Assembly (NCBI GenBank): GCA_951406725.2
Contig: OX597816.1
Coordinates: 100,626,001-100,690,000, forward strand
Length of the DNA: 64,000 nt
Direction: 5' to 3'
Origin: Octopus vulgaris
Lineage: Eukaryota
The first letter of the stretch is position 1; each line of letters opens with the position of its first letter. Positions 11,378-23,637 of this stretch are shown one piece after another. The position numbers and the translations under genes are program-made. The notes under the pieces are model-generated. The model was not told the DNA's origin, did not search any database, and was given only the letters and a program-made list of their open reading frames with translations.

Positions 11378-11774
11378 GATATTTCACTGTCTTTTCAAAT
11401 TTGAATTAAGCTTTCAACCTGTTTGAAGACACTACTTACCTAGGGTGCCATGAACTCAAAACCAAGTGGTTGGGAAGCAAAGTTCTTAGCACACAGCTAT
11501 GCTTGCACCTATAGCTATAATTATATATAAATTCTTACGTTACATCTACCTCAGGTCATGGAATTTCACACTTATAAAATTTGTATGACAACTAATTTTA
11601 GGATACATTCTGTAATTTCACTCTTATGGAAACTTTGATAAACTTTAAGACTCTAAAAAGTACACTTGATGATGTGAAATCCTTAACTTGAATAATGCCA
11701 CACTGTATCTCTGACTTTACAAATTTTCCGCAGGTTGAAAGCTTAATTCAAATTTGAAAAGATAGTGAAATATC
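11378..11774. repeat. Near-perfect 44 bp inverted repeat (11378-11421 / 11731-11774) with 309 bp spacer
   Basis: GATATTTCACTGTCTTTTCAAATTTGAATTAAGCTTTCAACCTG versus its reverse complement, one mismatch. Confidence 0.9.
11435..11512 (-). mobile_element. tRNA-derived SINE head fragment
   Basis: Reverse complement GGTGCAAGCATAGCTGTGTGCTAAGAACTTTGCTTCCCAACCAC resembles the head at 734. Confidence 0.65.
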
Positions 11775-11789
11775 TGCACATCCTCTGCT

Positions 11790-11992
11790 AACTAACGGTT
11801 GGTGATTCAATGATCACATGTTAGACATGTTATTTGAAGCACTGCTGTAAACAGTAGAAGTGAGCTAGAACATTAAAACTTACTGCACATGCACAATAGA
11901 GGTCAAGGTCAATCTGTGCCAAGTGGCTTCACTCTGCATGCTTTAGTTTCATTACTATAGCAACAGTCCAGATACTTATGGGTCAGACCTTG
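11790..11992 (-). mobile_element. Mariner-type terminal fragment (one TIR)
   Basis: On - strand TA-CAAGGTCTGACCCATAAGTATCTGGACTGTTGC resembles irritans-type mariner TIRs; TA at 11993-11994; no partner TIR seen. Confidence 0.5.
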
Positions 11993-12022
11993 TACATATG
12001 TATACATATATACGTGTGTGTG

Positions 12023-12087
<65 letters not shown>

Positions 12088-13399
12088 ATGTATTGTATTT
12101 GTGCAAAGATATGTCATATTTTATGTATTTGATGGATTGGCTGAATCATTAGTGAACTGGGTAAAATGATTTGTGATATATATGGCCAATATATTGTGAT
12201 ATATATTCTGTCAACCAAATGAAGTACCAGTCAAAATTTGGGGTCAGTTTAATCAGCTTTTCTTTCCTCTAATATGTAATCTGATTATGTAAGAATTTAA
12301 TATTTATGTGTATTCATGTGTGTGTAAATAAGCATAAATAATATTTTTAACTTTATCATTTCTGCTCTCAAACTTTACATGTATAAAAGAGAGAGAGAGA
12401 GGGAGAGAGATGCATATTCAATGGAATTTTACTGAATAACCTTTTCATTTACCTCAAATTCAATTAATGGTTGGATTCGTAATAATCATCCATCAAAATA
12501 TTTCAGAATGATATAATTTCTGACATTTGTTTTCATTTTTAAGACTGATTTGTCACACTTAAAATCAGCAAGAAATGTAACATTACCCTTTATCTATGGT
12601 TAAAATCATTTCTGCCATTATTGGAACATCTAATGTCAATTTCTTTCCCTGAAATACTTATGGAATTAAATGCTGAACTCTGCTTAATCAACATTTGTTC
12701 AATGAGGAGCTTCTAAATATTGTACATCTTCAGCACTCAGGAGAAATATAAAATGTAAAATAGAACTTCAAAGTTATCATATGATGAGTTGGCATTTGGT
12801 AATGATTGCATTCAATTTCTTACTTTCAAAAACTAAAATTCATCACTAATTCAATTGATGGAATGCTTGGCAGAGGAATGCATATAAATGGGAACACATT
12901 CCTTTGTAACTAAATTATTTTTTTAAATCAATTTTGTTTAGAAGTATAAATGTAGTGGCAGACCTTAAGAACTGACACAGATAGTGTAAGTTTTTTTGTT
13001 AATGTTTCCATTATTGAATACTTTCATTCTTTATTTTGTAAAGTTCTTAATTTTTTTCAATGACTAATATCCATTATGTTGATGTCATTAAATTTCTTTT
13101 AAGAGTGAATCTGGGGTCAAGGTGAAATGAAGTGGTTACACTTCGGAAGAAAGCTTATAATATATATCCTAGTTTAATTTTTAAAAGCAACACTATTATG
13201 GCACTTAAACTATTTTCTGTGAGAGATGAAGACATTATGCCCTTTTGTTCATTTCCAGTTATTTTTGTCACTTTATACGTAATCAAAAAACTTTCACTTT
13301 CTATATGTCCTTTCTACGTGTCAGCCAATTTACTAAGTAGAACACAATGCATTATAAGTTGTCCTAATTTAATAGAGTGGAAATTGGAAAACCCATCAG

Positions 13400-13640
13400 T
13401 GATAGTTGGCAACAAGCTGAAAATATTCATTAAAAAATGCCACATGTTGGTCAGGTAGAGTAACGAAATATTTCACTGATAAGTGGTGCAGCAAACATCA
13501 TTGTGAATTGCTACAAAAGCAAAAGAAATGCTTTAGAAAGAAATAACTGCAGATGAATAAACTAATGGACCAAGTTATAAAACTGACAGAGAAAGTTAAA
13601 GCCAATTTAATCAAGTATTCATGGAGAAAAGTGGCTTAAA
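13400..13640 (+). mobile_element. Possible very old Tigger/pogo transposase HTH remnant
   Basis: YFTDK../GAANII../ELL..KAKE across frameshifts resembles the CENP-B-type HTH. Confidence 0.3.
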
Positions 13641-15335
13641 TGAGGTACTGCTTTGGTTTGTGTCATGATGTGGGATTTACTGATATGCTTTTGTTGACTC
13701 TGCTAACTTCAGGAAATTTCTGAACTAAGAACAAATTATTATGTCACGCATTTTTTTTATAGAAAAGATCTTGAAAGGATATCACAGTCCATAGTTTAGT
13801 GGTCACTAATACAACTGGTTGTAGATGATTTACTTTTAGAGAGCCAAGCATGAGATTCACCAATATATACCCATCCAATGTAAACAATAGATGCAGTGGC
13901 CAATCAAAAGTCAAGAGGCCTGAAGTTCAAATTAGCAAGAACAAAACCTTAGCAGTAAAACAACCAGAACATTGTTACCAACTGGGAAGTGGTCACTTGA
14001 TATGTATAAAGGGAGGGAGTAGGAACTTTATGCTGTGTGCCCATTGCAAACAATAGATGCAGTGGCAGGCAGCCAGAGAGAAAGAATTTCATATTTAAGT
14101 AGCTGCACGATAGTGGTTAGCAGTAAGAACACAAGGAAATGAGTTTATTAGCTAGGTGACCTTATCTACAATGGAGGTGGGTACTTTATTTTCTAATGCT
14201 CTGTACTCAAATAGTTCTATTTGTTATTTTATTTTTCTTGTAACTATTTCCTTTTCCAATATTCTAGACATTTTTCTCATATCAACTTCATGTTGTCTGA
14301 TATGGGATATATATTTTTTTTGTTTCCTACAATTTAATACTTTCAGAGAAAACTAAATTTATTGTTGATTAATGGTACTATTAGTGTTCTATTTATTATC
14401 ACCAATCCTCTTTCTGCTACAAGTATTCTTTTAAAAGTTCTAGTTAATCAGCAGAAAGCAGATAATGTAAGCATAAATATAGATTGAACTAACAATGACC
14501 TAAGCCACCAACCAGCAAGCATTAATATAATAAAGATTTTTGTTTAATTAAATTTAAGATCAATTTATTTAACTCCACAATTGATTTTTTTTTTTATTAT
14601 TAAATAATGAAAAAAACAACCAATCCATGAAGTTAGTTGGCTTTCTCTGGTGTGTGTGTGTGTGTTTTTAGGTTCTGTAGACAATAGATTAGTTTTCTTG
14701 TTATGCATCACTCTTTTGTTTACCAGACCATGATTTCTCTTCAACATATCTCTGTAAAGGAATGGGTCTAAATATGAAAATAATAAAGTAAAATGAACAG
14801 ACATGTGGTCTTACTTAAAAATATTTTGGAAAATTTTAGGATACAGTAGACCCTAGAAGAATACTTAGTTATATTTACATGGCTAACAAATAATATGCAA
14901 CATAGTCATATTGTCTTGAAGCCTGGTGAAAGAATATTCATGTGCAAAGTGAAAATGTTACATTGGAATATAATTTCTTGTCAGTTTCTACAATGGGTTT
15001 AGTATTGATAAAATATTCCCTTTTGTCAAGGCTATGAAAATAGTGAAATAGCTATTATAAAGTAATTTAAAAGATTAACCATTTTTTCTGGCAGAGATAA
15101 ATCTTTCTATTTCTTTGTACCTATGATTATTCTGTTTTTTTTTTTATTTTACCTTCCCTGCAGCTATAACTTTCCAATAATTCACCATTGGGAGATAATA
15201 GATACATCAATTTAGAGACAACAGCAAAGCCTATCTATCGGTACATCTGCCTGTTTGTTTCTCTCTCTCCCCTGGTTTCTCTTGGTCTTTCTTTCTTCCA
15301 GTCTTTCTTTCTTTTCTTTTTTCCTTCTTTTGCAC

Positions 15336-15373
<38 letters not shown>

Positions 15374-16029
15374 AGCAAATACACATACACAGATATGGAG
15401 AAAATTACTTAAGATTGTGCCAAAATGTCCTCATGCACAAAATCTGTCACTATATTTAATCTATCCATGTTTGATGAAGCATGAATGTTCTGAATTCTAT
15501 GTTTTTATACTAAAATTAAATTCTGAAAGCTTTTAAATGCTATTCTTTCTCATTCTTTATATATTTAAGATACTGGCAGTATCTCAAGCTCTAATTTTTT
15601 GGTATATGTGTAGCAGGTCGTATTGCTATAGTAATAAAACTATTTTAATTTTATTCTCTTCTTAAATTTTTTAATATAGCTACTTACCATGTATTTTATT
15701 TTCTTCAAGCTTAAAATGCAGTTAAAGCGTTTGCCTGCACCAAACACAAGGGGCTTTCCTTTCAAAAATATTTAAAAACACATTATATTACAAGCCAGTT
15801 TTACTTCATTGACATTAATTTGTTCTCATGTAGAGGTATAATATATATTTTGAAAAAGGAATACACAAAGACATTTGTAAATTTTAATAAACTTATTCTG
15901 TTTTAAAAATTCAGTCTGATGAAAACTGATAGTTCCTTTACTCATGTATGATCGCATCTCCCCAGTTGAGCAGTTTTATTTATAATATTATGCTATAATA
16001 TTATACTGAAGAACAACCTCACGACAGAA

Positions 16030-16356
16030 GACTAAGATGCCTGGTGCTTTGCTATACTCAAGAAGACTCATACAACACAGTAAAAGTGTTAAGACTGGTC
16101 CCTCTGGTGGTGTAAAGTATTTATGGCAGTGTCATGCAAAAGTGCCTCTGTGGTGCTTTGTAAAAGCACCCACGTTGTACCACATAAAAGCACCCATGTG
16201 GTACCATGTAAAAGCACCCAGCTTACTCTGTAAAGCGGTAGGCATTAGGAAGGGCATTCAGCAGAAGAAATCAGAGCAGCCACATCAGCTCTGGTCAAAC
16301 CGTCCAGCTCATGCCAGCATGGACAATGGACATTAAATAATGACAATGATGATGAT
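16030..16356 (+). mobile_element. RTE-type 3' end with short (~24 bp) AAAAGCACCC repeats
   Basis: TAAAAGCACCCA x3; GGCATTAGGAAGGGCATTCAGC; tail CATGCCAGCATGGAC..GGACATTAAATAATGAC..GATGATGAT. Confidence 0.8.
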
Positions 16357-16568
16357 TTAATTACGCTATATATTTTTGACACCACTATATTTCTGTCTGA
16401 TATTCTCATTTTAAGGTTGTATTTTCTGCAGCTTTAATTAATAATTCAGCATAATAATAATTCATACCCACAGCATGTTGCATATTTACTAAGCTACCTA
16501 GTATTTGAGCTGTCCATCTGTCATCCAAGATACTCTGCATACAGTTCTGTCTATCCCTAATCTTACAC

Positions 16569-16606
<38 letters not shown>

Positions 16607-16632
16607 ATACTGATTTATACATATGTATCTAT

Positions 16633-17561
16633 AAATCAAAACAGGAGATTGGAAAAAAGTTTTGGTATTATTCACAATTACACATGTTTCATTTGCTAAT
16701 AGGAGTTACAAAATTGTACATGTAGAAAAACATGTAATATATCGCCTATTAGAAATTTTTTTGACAGGAAATCAAATAAAGTAAAATTTACATTTGAAAT
16801 ATTAAGCTATTATATATATTCAGGAATGAGGAGTTCTATAGATTGTCAGAGGCAAGAATAAGGAAAAAAGTAATAATATAAAACAGAGAGAGTAGGAGAG
16901 AATTAGAGATGGATGTGATAAACATAAGCACAAACACACTCAAATTTATATGTATTTGTATGCACACATACACGCATGCACGCATACATGTATGTGTATG
17001 TACATATGTATGAAAACAGACAGCAAAGCATGGTGCAGTCTTCTGCATAGCCTGCTCTTGTCAAACTGTCCAGCCCATGCTAGCATAGAAAGTAGACATT
17101 AAATGATGATGATTATAATAATATATATATATACATATGTATATATATGTGTATGCATATATATATATATTTATGTGTGTGTGTGTGTATATATGTATAT
17201 GCATGTTTGTATGTGTATATATATATATGTGTTTGTATATGTGTGTATATGAATGTATATGTGATTATGTTTATTATATCCATCTCTAACACTCTTTTAT
17301 ATTACTACACTTTTTTAATTTATTCTTGCCTTTAACCATCTATAGGACACCCAATTACTGAATATATATATAATAGCTCAGTCCAAGTGTGAATTATATA
17401 TTATTTGATTCTCTGTCTGAAGAATTTCTAAATTTTTAATAGGAGATATCTTACATGCTTTTCTTACATGTACAATTTTGTGACATGTATTAGCAAATGT
17501 AACACATGTAATGATGAATAAATAATACCAAATTTTTTTCCCCAATCTCCTGTTTTGATTT
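16633..17561. repeat. ~300 bp diverged inverted repeat (16633-16931 / 17260-17561); spacer holds microsatellites and an RTE tail (~17025-17112)
   Basis: AAATCAAAACAGGAGATTGG..TTTGGTATTATT..ACAAAATTGTACATGTA..TTAGAGATGGAT mirrored on the right. Confidence 0.85.
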
Positions 17562-17579
17562 GTCATTACTCAGCAACAA

Positions 17580-17608
17580 ACCTGAGCAACGCCGGGTGAT
17601 ACTGCTAG
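17580..17608 (+). mobile_element. Helitron 3' terminus
   Basis: GC-rich hairpin ACCTGAGC-AAC-GCCGGGT, then CTAG 7 nt downstream followed by T, the canonical Helitron end. Confidence 0.65.
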
Positions 17609-18206
17609 TATATATATATATGTATATATATGTGTATATATATATATACACACACATATATATTTGATATAATTGTTCTCTATCTAAATATGTTATACTC
17701 ATATATATTTAGTAATTAGTTATACAAGTTGCCTATTGAATATTATGAATTTTTAAATAGTGCTGTGTTACTATACACTGAAAGACATTTCTAAAAGAAA
17801 AGAAAATCACTGAAATATGAAGATTAGTATGGATATTCTATTTAAAAATTAAGTATAAAACATTTGTGCATTTGGTTTGTGTCAAGAGCAACAAACATTC
17901 TTTCTCTAAAGCTGTGTTTTCATACACCAAATTAGTGGAATAAACTCTGAATCAGAGTAGAACATTTTTCACAATAATAGCAGACATGACTATTAATTAA
18001 TTCTGACACTGCACTACTTACTGGAAGGAAGGTAGTTATTAGAACATGAAACAAGATTCAGTATACATACTTCTGACCAATAAAACCCTGACTCATACTG
18101 GAACTGTTTTCATTGAATTACATTGTTTACTTCTTTTTTTTTATTATTATTATTCCAATCTGGTCAGCATGTTTAGCAGATTTAATGAAATAAGTCATAA
18201 CATTAA

Positions 18207-18412
18207 CCCTTTTGTTACCATATTTCCATTGAAATACATTGTCTTTGTTTCAATTAATGTTGCAAACAATGAATTTAGTAAAATAATTTCATAATTATTT
18301 TAAACTGGTATTTCAAACATAAATCAACATGAAATTTTGATTGACTTTTTCTAAATTTAGATCATTTCTAAAATAAGAAGTTTGTATTTTGGGTGGATTG
18401 ATATCAAAAGGG
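18207..18412. mobile_element. piggyBac-type (TTAA) MITE
   Basis: TTAA-CCCTTTTGTTACCA ... TGATATCAAAAGGG-ATAA (decayed TTAA). Confidence 0.7.
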
Positions 18413-19812
18413 ATAAAGAAGTTCAAAGATTACTAAAATTGAGAGGGCATGTGATGAAATTTGCTCATGATATATATTTGAGTATAGTTTAAAGTATATT
18501 TAAACATTGTATAAATTTTCATAAATATTTTGTTTCAGAGAACTTACTTTAAATTCCTTTCATTTATTTTCAAACAAAATTTGATTCTAGATATAATGTT
18601 TTTACATACTTAGTTTTTAATTAATTGAAACTAAGATAGAATTTAAAGAAGAGAATCTGAGTGAATTTTATGCTTAAGTTAAACAAAACCAAACAAAAAA
18701 TAGTGAGAAATCAAGAATAGGGACCTGGGTGGATATACTGCTGCCAGCTCAATTTATTCAGCTGAGTCTACTTCAAATCTCCCATGTTATTGTGGAGCAC
18801 AGTATGAAGATATCATGTTGATTTGGTGAATTAGAATGGCACAAATAAATTGAATTTCTGATGGCATGTTATTTCATTATATCAACATGGCTTGGCTAGA
18901 TTGATTGTATCTTAAACATCTCAAAAGAAAAGAATGATTCATTTCTAGCTTGTGGCATAGAATTCATTATATTCACTTTTTTAGCTGTATACACTGTCAT
19001 CTTAACTATTTAACTTTGATGAAGAAAATCTCTGGTTTGATAATATGATAAAGAAAACTACCTAGCATGTTAAGTGAAATTGTTACAGGTATGAGCGTAT
19101 CATTTAAATATTCAAGATTAAATATACTTCATTAGTACTAGTGTGTTTTGTAATAATACCTTATCTTATCTAACCTCTGTTTTATCAAATGTCACTTTCA
19201 TACATTTTAGTCAATGATAATAATCATATGCTAAAATATGTCTGAAGCAAGATATGATAAAATGCATACATGCATATGCCTGTATATGCCTGTGTGTGTG
19301 TGTGTGTGTACACATACATACACACACACACATACACACCTTTTGTTAGAAGCTCAGGATTCTTGAATTGTAACTCTGTTCACATTTCAAGATACTTACA
19401 CAATCAGAAGCATGAGACTTAGTCATGATTCAGAACAGTCATTAAAGTATCAGATAAAATGTCTTGCAATGTTTCTTCTGGCTCTCTGCACACTGGGTTG
19501 AAAAACCCTCAAAGGTGTCTTTGCCTTTCATCCCTTCAGAGTCAATAAATAAAATGCTAATCAAGGAAAGGAGTCACTTCTTCCCTTATTCCCTCCACTT
19601 GCCACACTTTCAATAAGCAACATTTAAAAGGCGAAGGAACAAGTGTTCTCATTATAGCTTCTTCAGTCCTTTAGTAACCTCACCTCACCTCTCTATGAAC
19701 GTGCTAAGTATGAAAGTTTCAGCTTCTCATATAACATACACAATGTACTTTACCTACTGAGTTCCTCTCTCCAACTTGTTTCTAAAAACATGTGTGTTTG
19801 AGTATGGATGTA

Positions 19813-19872
<60 letters not shown>

Positions 19873-20319
19873 TGTATGTATGTGTGTGTGTGTGTGTGTG
19901 TGTGTCTTGCATATGGCCTTCAAGTTTCAACTGCATCCAGTAGTGAGGCCCTAGTATGAGAGTCCAGGATTTTGAAGGGAGTGGATCCACCTCTTAACCA
20001 CTATTGTTCCCAGATCTACTAGCCTGTGAGACACTGGGAGTGAAGGACCTTTAGTTCTTCTTAGAGCTTCATTTTAGGAGAAGGTAAACTGGTACAATGT
20101 AACCAGAAGTATAGTTGGTTGCTGATGAAGTCAACTTCTGTTGTGCCACTGGTTTTATTCCTGATTGCATTGAAAATGGGTTCAGTGCTGTGCAACATTC
20201 TATCTACTCCCAACAAATTCGTGCATAAATATACATTCATGCATACTATGATATTTATATAAACGTGTGCTTACCTACTGTTAGACATTCATATCTATGT
20301 ATATACGAGTGGCACTATT

Positions 20320-20499
20320 TGTTAGTGAACAGTACGAACTGTGTTTTAAAGTAAACAGTATTACTACGCTGTGTCTGAAGGTATATAGGTGTCGCTGCGC
20401 TGAGTGTGTGCAGTTCCTGTATTACGAAAAGTAAATAAACACGTAAACGAATATCCATGCTTCGTATTGAGTTGTCTATCCCAGCAGAAAGAAATAACA
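20320..20499 (+). mobile_element. Candidate solo LTR
   Basis: TGTTA...TAACA ends; TATATA followed by AATAAA; CpG-richer than flanks; no clear TSD. Confidence 0.4.
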
Positions 20500-21647
20500 C
20501 CTACATATATGTATATATACCATAAAAACCCATGTAATTTGTGCACCTGTGTAATTTATGCGGGTGAATTTCAGGATAAAATTTGTTAAAAAATAGCTTC
20601 TACTCATGTAAAATTCACACTAAAAAGTTTTCAGAATTGCTGATATGGCCTGGGGAAAAAGGTTTTCAATTTACTTGCATTTAGTATAACTTCACTTACT
20701 TATGATTAAATTTTATTAAATTTTCATTATATAAAAATAATGTCTGTTTAACAGGTTTCACATTGAAAGCTGTTAAATTACGAAGTGTCTATATTGTTTA
20801 TAATAAACTTTATTTTACATTTCTTGCCCACAAGAGATTCTGTCCAATCTTTAGCATATTTCTTTGTCTTCTCAAATCAAAATCAAAGGAAAAGTTGTTG
20901 ATAATTCAACAAAAACAAAGCTGATAAATATGCACAAGTTTTGCAAAATAAGTTTAATTACTAATAAACATCAGCATGGATGGCACTTTACTCAACCGAC
21001 AGAGGAAGGTGACCAATCAAACTGATTATATAAACAGAATTCTGATTGGTCAAAAGTGTCTTCTTGTCTCAAGCTCTGATTTTCTACCTATTCTTGTCAG
21101 AACCTTTAAAATAGAGTATCAAAATTTTAATCCTTTTCACTCTTATAAAATGTCAAGCAAACTTTTGTATAAGGTAAATGAAGGTTTCTGTAGGAATGCT
21201 AAGTCATATTTACTAAGTGAGTTTACATGTGTAAGGATGAATTATGACGTTATTGTCAGTGATTTCAGCAGTAATGAATTTCATTGTCCTAACATGGAGA
21301 AAGCGAGCAATAACTTCCTGGAGGCAAATGCAAGCTAGACTTCTTAAGTGAAGAAAAACTGATCTATTTAAGGAAATTGCTGGGCTTCATTGCGATAGGT
21401 AGAAACTCCAAGCAATGTAAAATATGGCCCAGACTGTGATTACCAGCATGAATGTCAAACTTCAAGAAGTATTTAACCATTTAATGGTTTTAGTAAATTT
21501 ATACAGAAAAAGTAAGCATTATACTGTTCAGCATAAATAAAAGTCAACTTCATTATATTTTTTTCTGTAAAAACCTACTCTGACATTAAATGACTCAACT
21601 TCCCATATGAATGTTTACATTTGTACGTCAGTTTTCAGCAAAAAGAA

Positions 21648-22992
21648 TTTCTAAAAAAATTTGGTAAATTTTGATCCTTTCCCCCACACGATTTTCACTA
21701 TGAAAAAAAACTCGAATTTTTTGTGTGGAATCAAGTGCCTTAATATACTCCAAACTTAATATGCTAATATGCTGCAAACTCGTTTTTGTTCAGAAAAAAT
21801 GTAGGATGGGAAACTGGACCACCCACATATCCCAGAATCATTGGAATTTTTTTTTTTTTTTGATAAATTCCGGTGATCTAATATGCAACAAAATCCATTT
21901 TGGGGTCTGGAAAACGAGGTGGGGTGAGGTGGAAGCCTTGGAGATTTCACCCCCATTGATCTTTTTATCCACACGATTTTCACTAAGAAAATAAACTTGG
22001 ATTTTTCTACATGGAATCAAGTACCCTGACCTAATATGCTGCAAACCCCTTACTTTTGTCCGGAAAAAAAGGCAAGGTGGGAAACCGCCCCCCTCCCCTC
22101 TCACATCACAATATCATTGGAAATTTTTGTCTTTTCATTGACTGAATTCTGGTGATTTAATATGCTAAAAAACCCTTTTTGGGGTTGGGAAAATGGGGTG
22201 GGGTAGAATCCTCGGAAATTTCACCCCACCCCCATTTTCAAATATATTTGCTATTTCTTTCTTTACCCATAATTTTAGATAACATTTTGCAGAAATACAT
22301 TTTCAAGAAAGTGTAGATTACATTAGATTGAAAATTCAAAGAAGTTTGAAATGAATAAATGAAAGTGCAGAGGTTATAGTAGTTAGTGGTAACAAAGTGT
22401 GTAGAGAGTTAACAAATGATAAACTCATCTAAAAAAAAAAAAAACATGTAAAAGTTTTTGCATGTACATGTGAAATGAAGTAAAAGTATAATAATTACAA
22501 AATATCTTTTTTCTACCTCTTAAAATCACTGGATATGATATATATAATAATTCCAAATAGATTTTCCCGTTGCAATTTTTGGTGCCGAAATGAGTTTCAT
22601 TTTTGTGCGGGGAGAGAGAGAGAGAAAGATAAAGAGAGAGTGGGTGAGTGAGAAAAAGAGAGAAAGAAAGAGAAAAAGTACCATTCGAGTGTGGTCGATG
22701 CTAGTGCTATCTGACTGGTCCCCTTGCCAATCACACTTTAAAAGTACCCACTACACTCTCTCAGTGGTTGGCATTAGGAAGGGCATCCAGCTGTAGAAAC
22801 CTTGCCAGAGCAGACTGGAGTTTTATTGCAGCTTCCTGGCTTGCCAGTCCTCAGTCAAACCATCCAACCCATGCCAGCATGGAAAGCAGACGTCAAACGA
22901 TGATGATGCTGTATAATGATATATATAATTATGATAGATTGTTACCCATTCAATGTTTAGGTAAATTTCATCACTCGCACACTCTCTTTCTT

Positions 22993-23028
<36 letters not shown>

Positions 23029-23637
23029 AATGCAACTCATTTTGGCGCCAAAAAGCTGCTAAGGGAAAATCTATTTGGGATTATTATATATATTATATCC
23101 AGTGATTTTAAGAGGTAGCAAAAAGATATTTTGTAATTATTATACTTTTACTTCGTTTCACACGTACATGCAAAAACTCTAACATATATATATTTTTTTT
23201 TATGAATTTATTGTTTGTTATCTCTCCACATACTTTGTTACCACTAACAACTATAGCCTCTGCATTTTCACTTACTCATTTCAAACTTCTTTGAATTTTC
23301 AATCTAACGTAATCTATACTCTCTCGAAAATGTATTTCTGCAAAATGGATATGAAAATGGGGATGGGGGTGCCACCCTTTTTTCCTGACCCAAAAGAGGG
23401 TTTTGTAGCATATTAGTTCACCAGAATTGAATCAGTGAAAAAAAACAAAAATTTCCAGTGATTCTGTGATAGGTGGGGGTGGGGGCAGTTTCCCACCCTG
23501 CCTTATTTTTCAAACAAAAGTAAGGGGTTTGCAGCATTTTAGGTCAGGGTACTTGATTCCATGTAGAAAAATCCAAGTTTTTTTTCTTAGTGAAAATCAT
23601 GTGGGTGAAAGAATCAAATACCAAAAATTCTGGAAAC
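21648..23637. repeat. Large foldback: ~670-700 bp arms (~21955-22655 / ~22965-23637), left side with an extra ~284 bp tandem unit
   Basis: CCACACGATTTTCACTA at 21685 and 21969; mirror TAGTGAAAATCATGTGG near 23590-23604; ORFs 21838-22104(-) and 23466-23786(+) translate almost identically. Confidence 0.92.
22675..22908 (+). mobile_element. RTE-type 3' end inside the foldback spacer
   Basis: AAAAGTACCCACTACACTC..GGCATTAGGAAGGGCATCCAGCTGTAGAAAC..CCAACCCATGCCAGCATGGAAAGCAGACGTCAAACGATGATGATG. Confidence 0.85.

Noticed and set aside
20976-21338. 120 aa ORF inside the TIR element as a transposase
   Set aside because: No HTH or DDE motifs recognisable.
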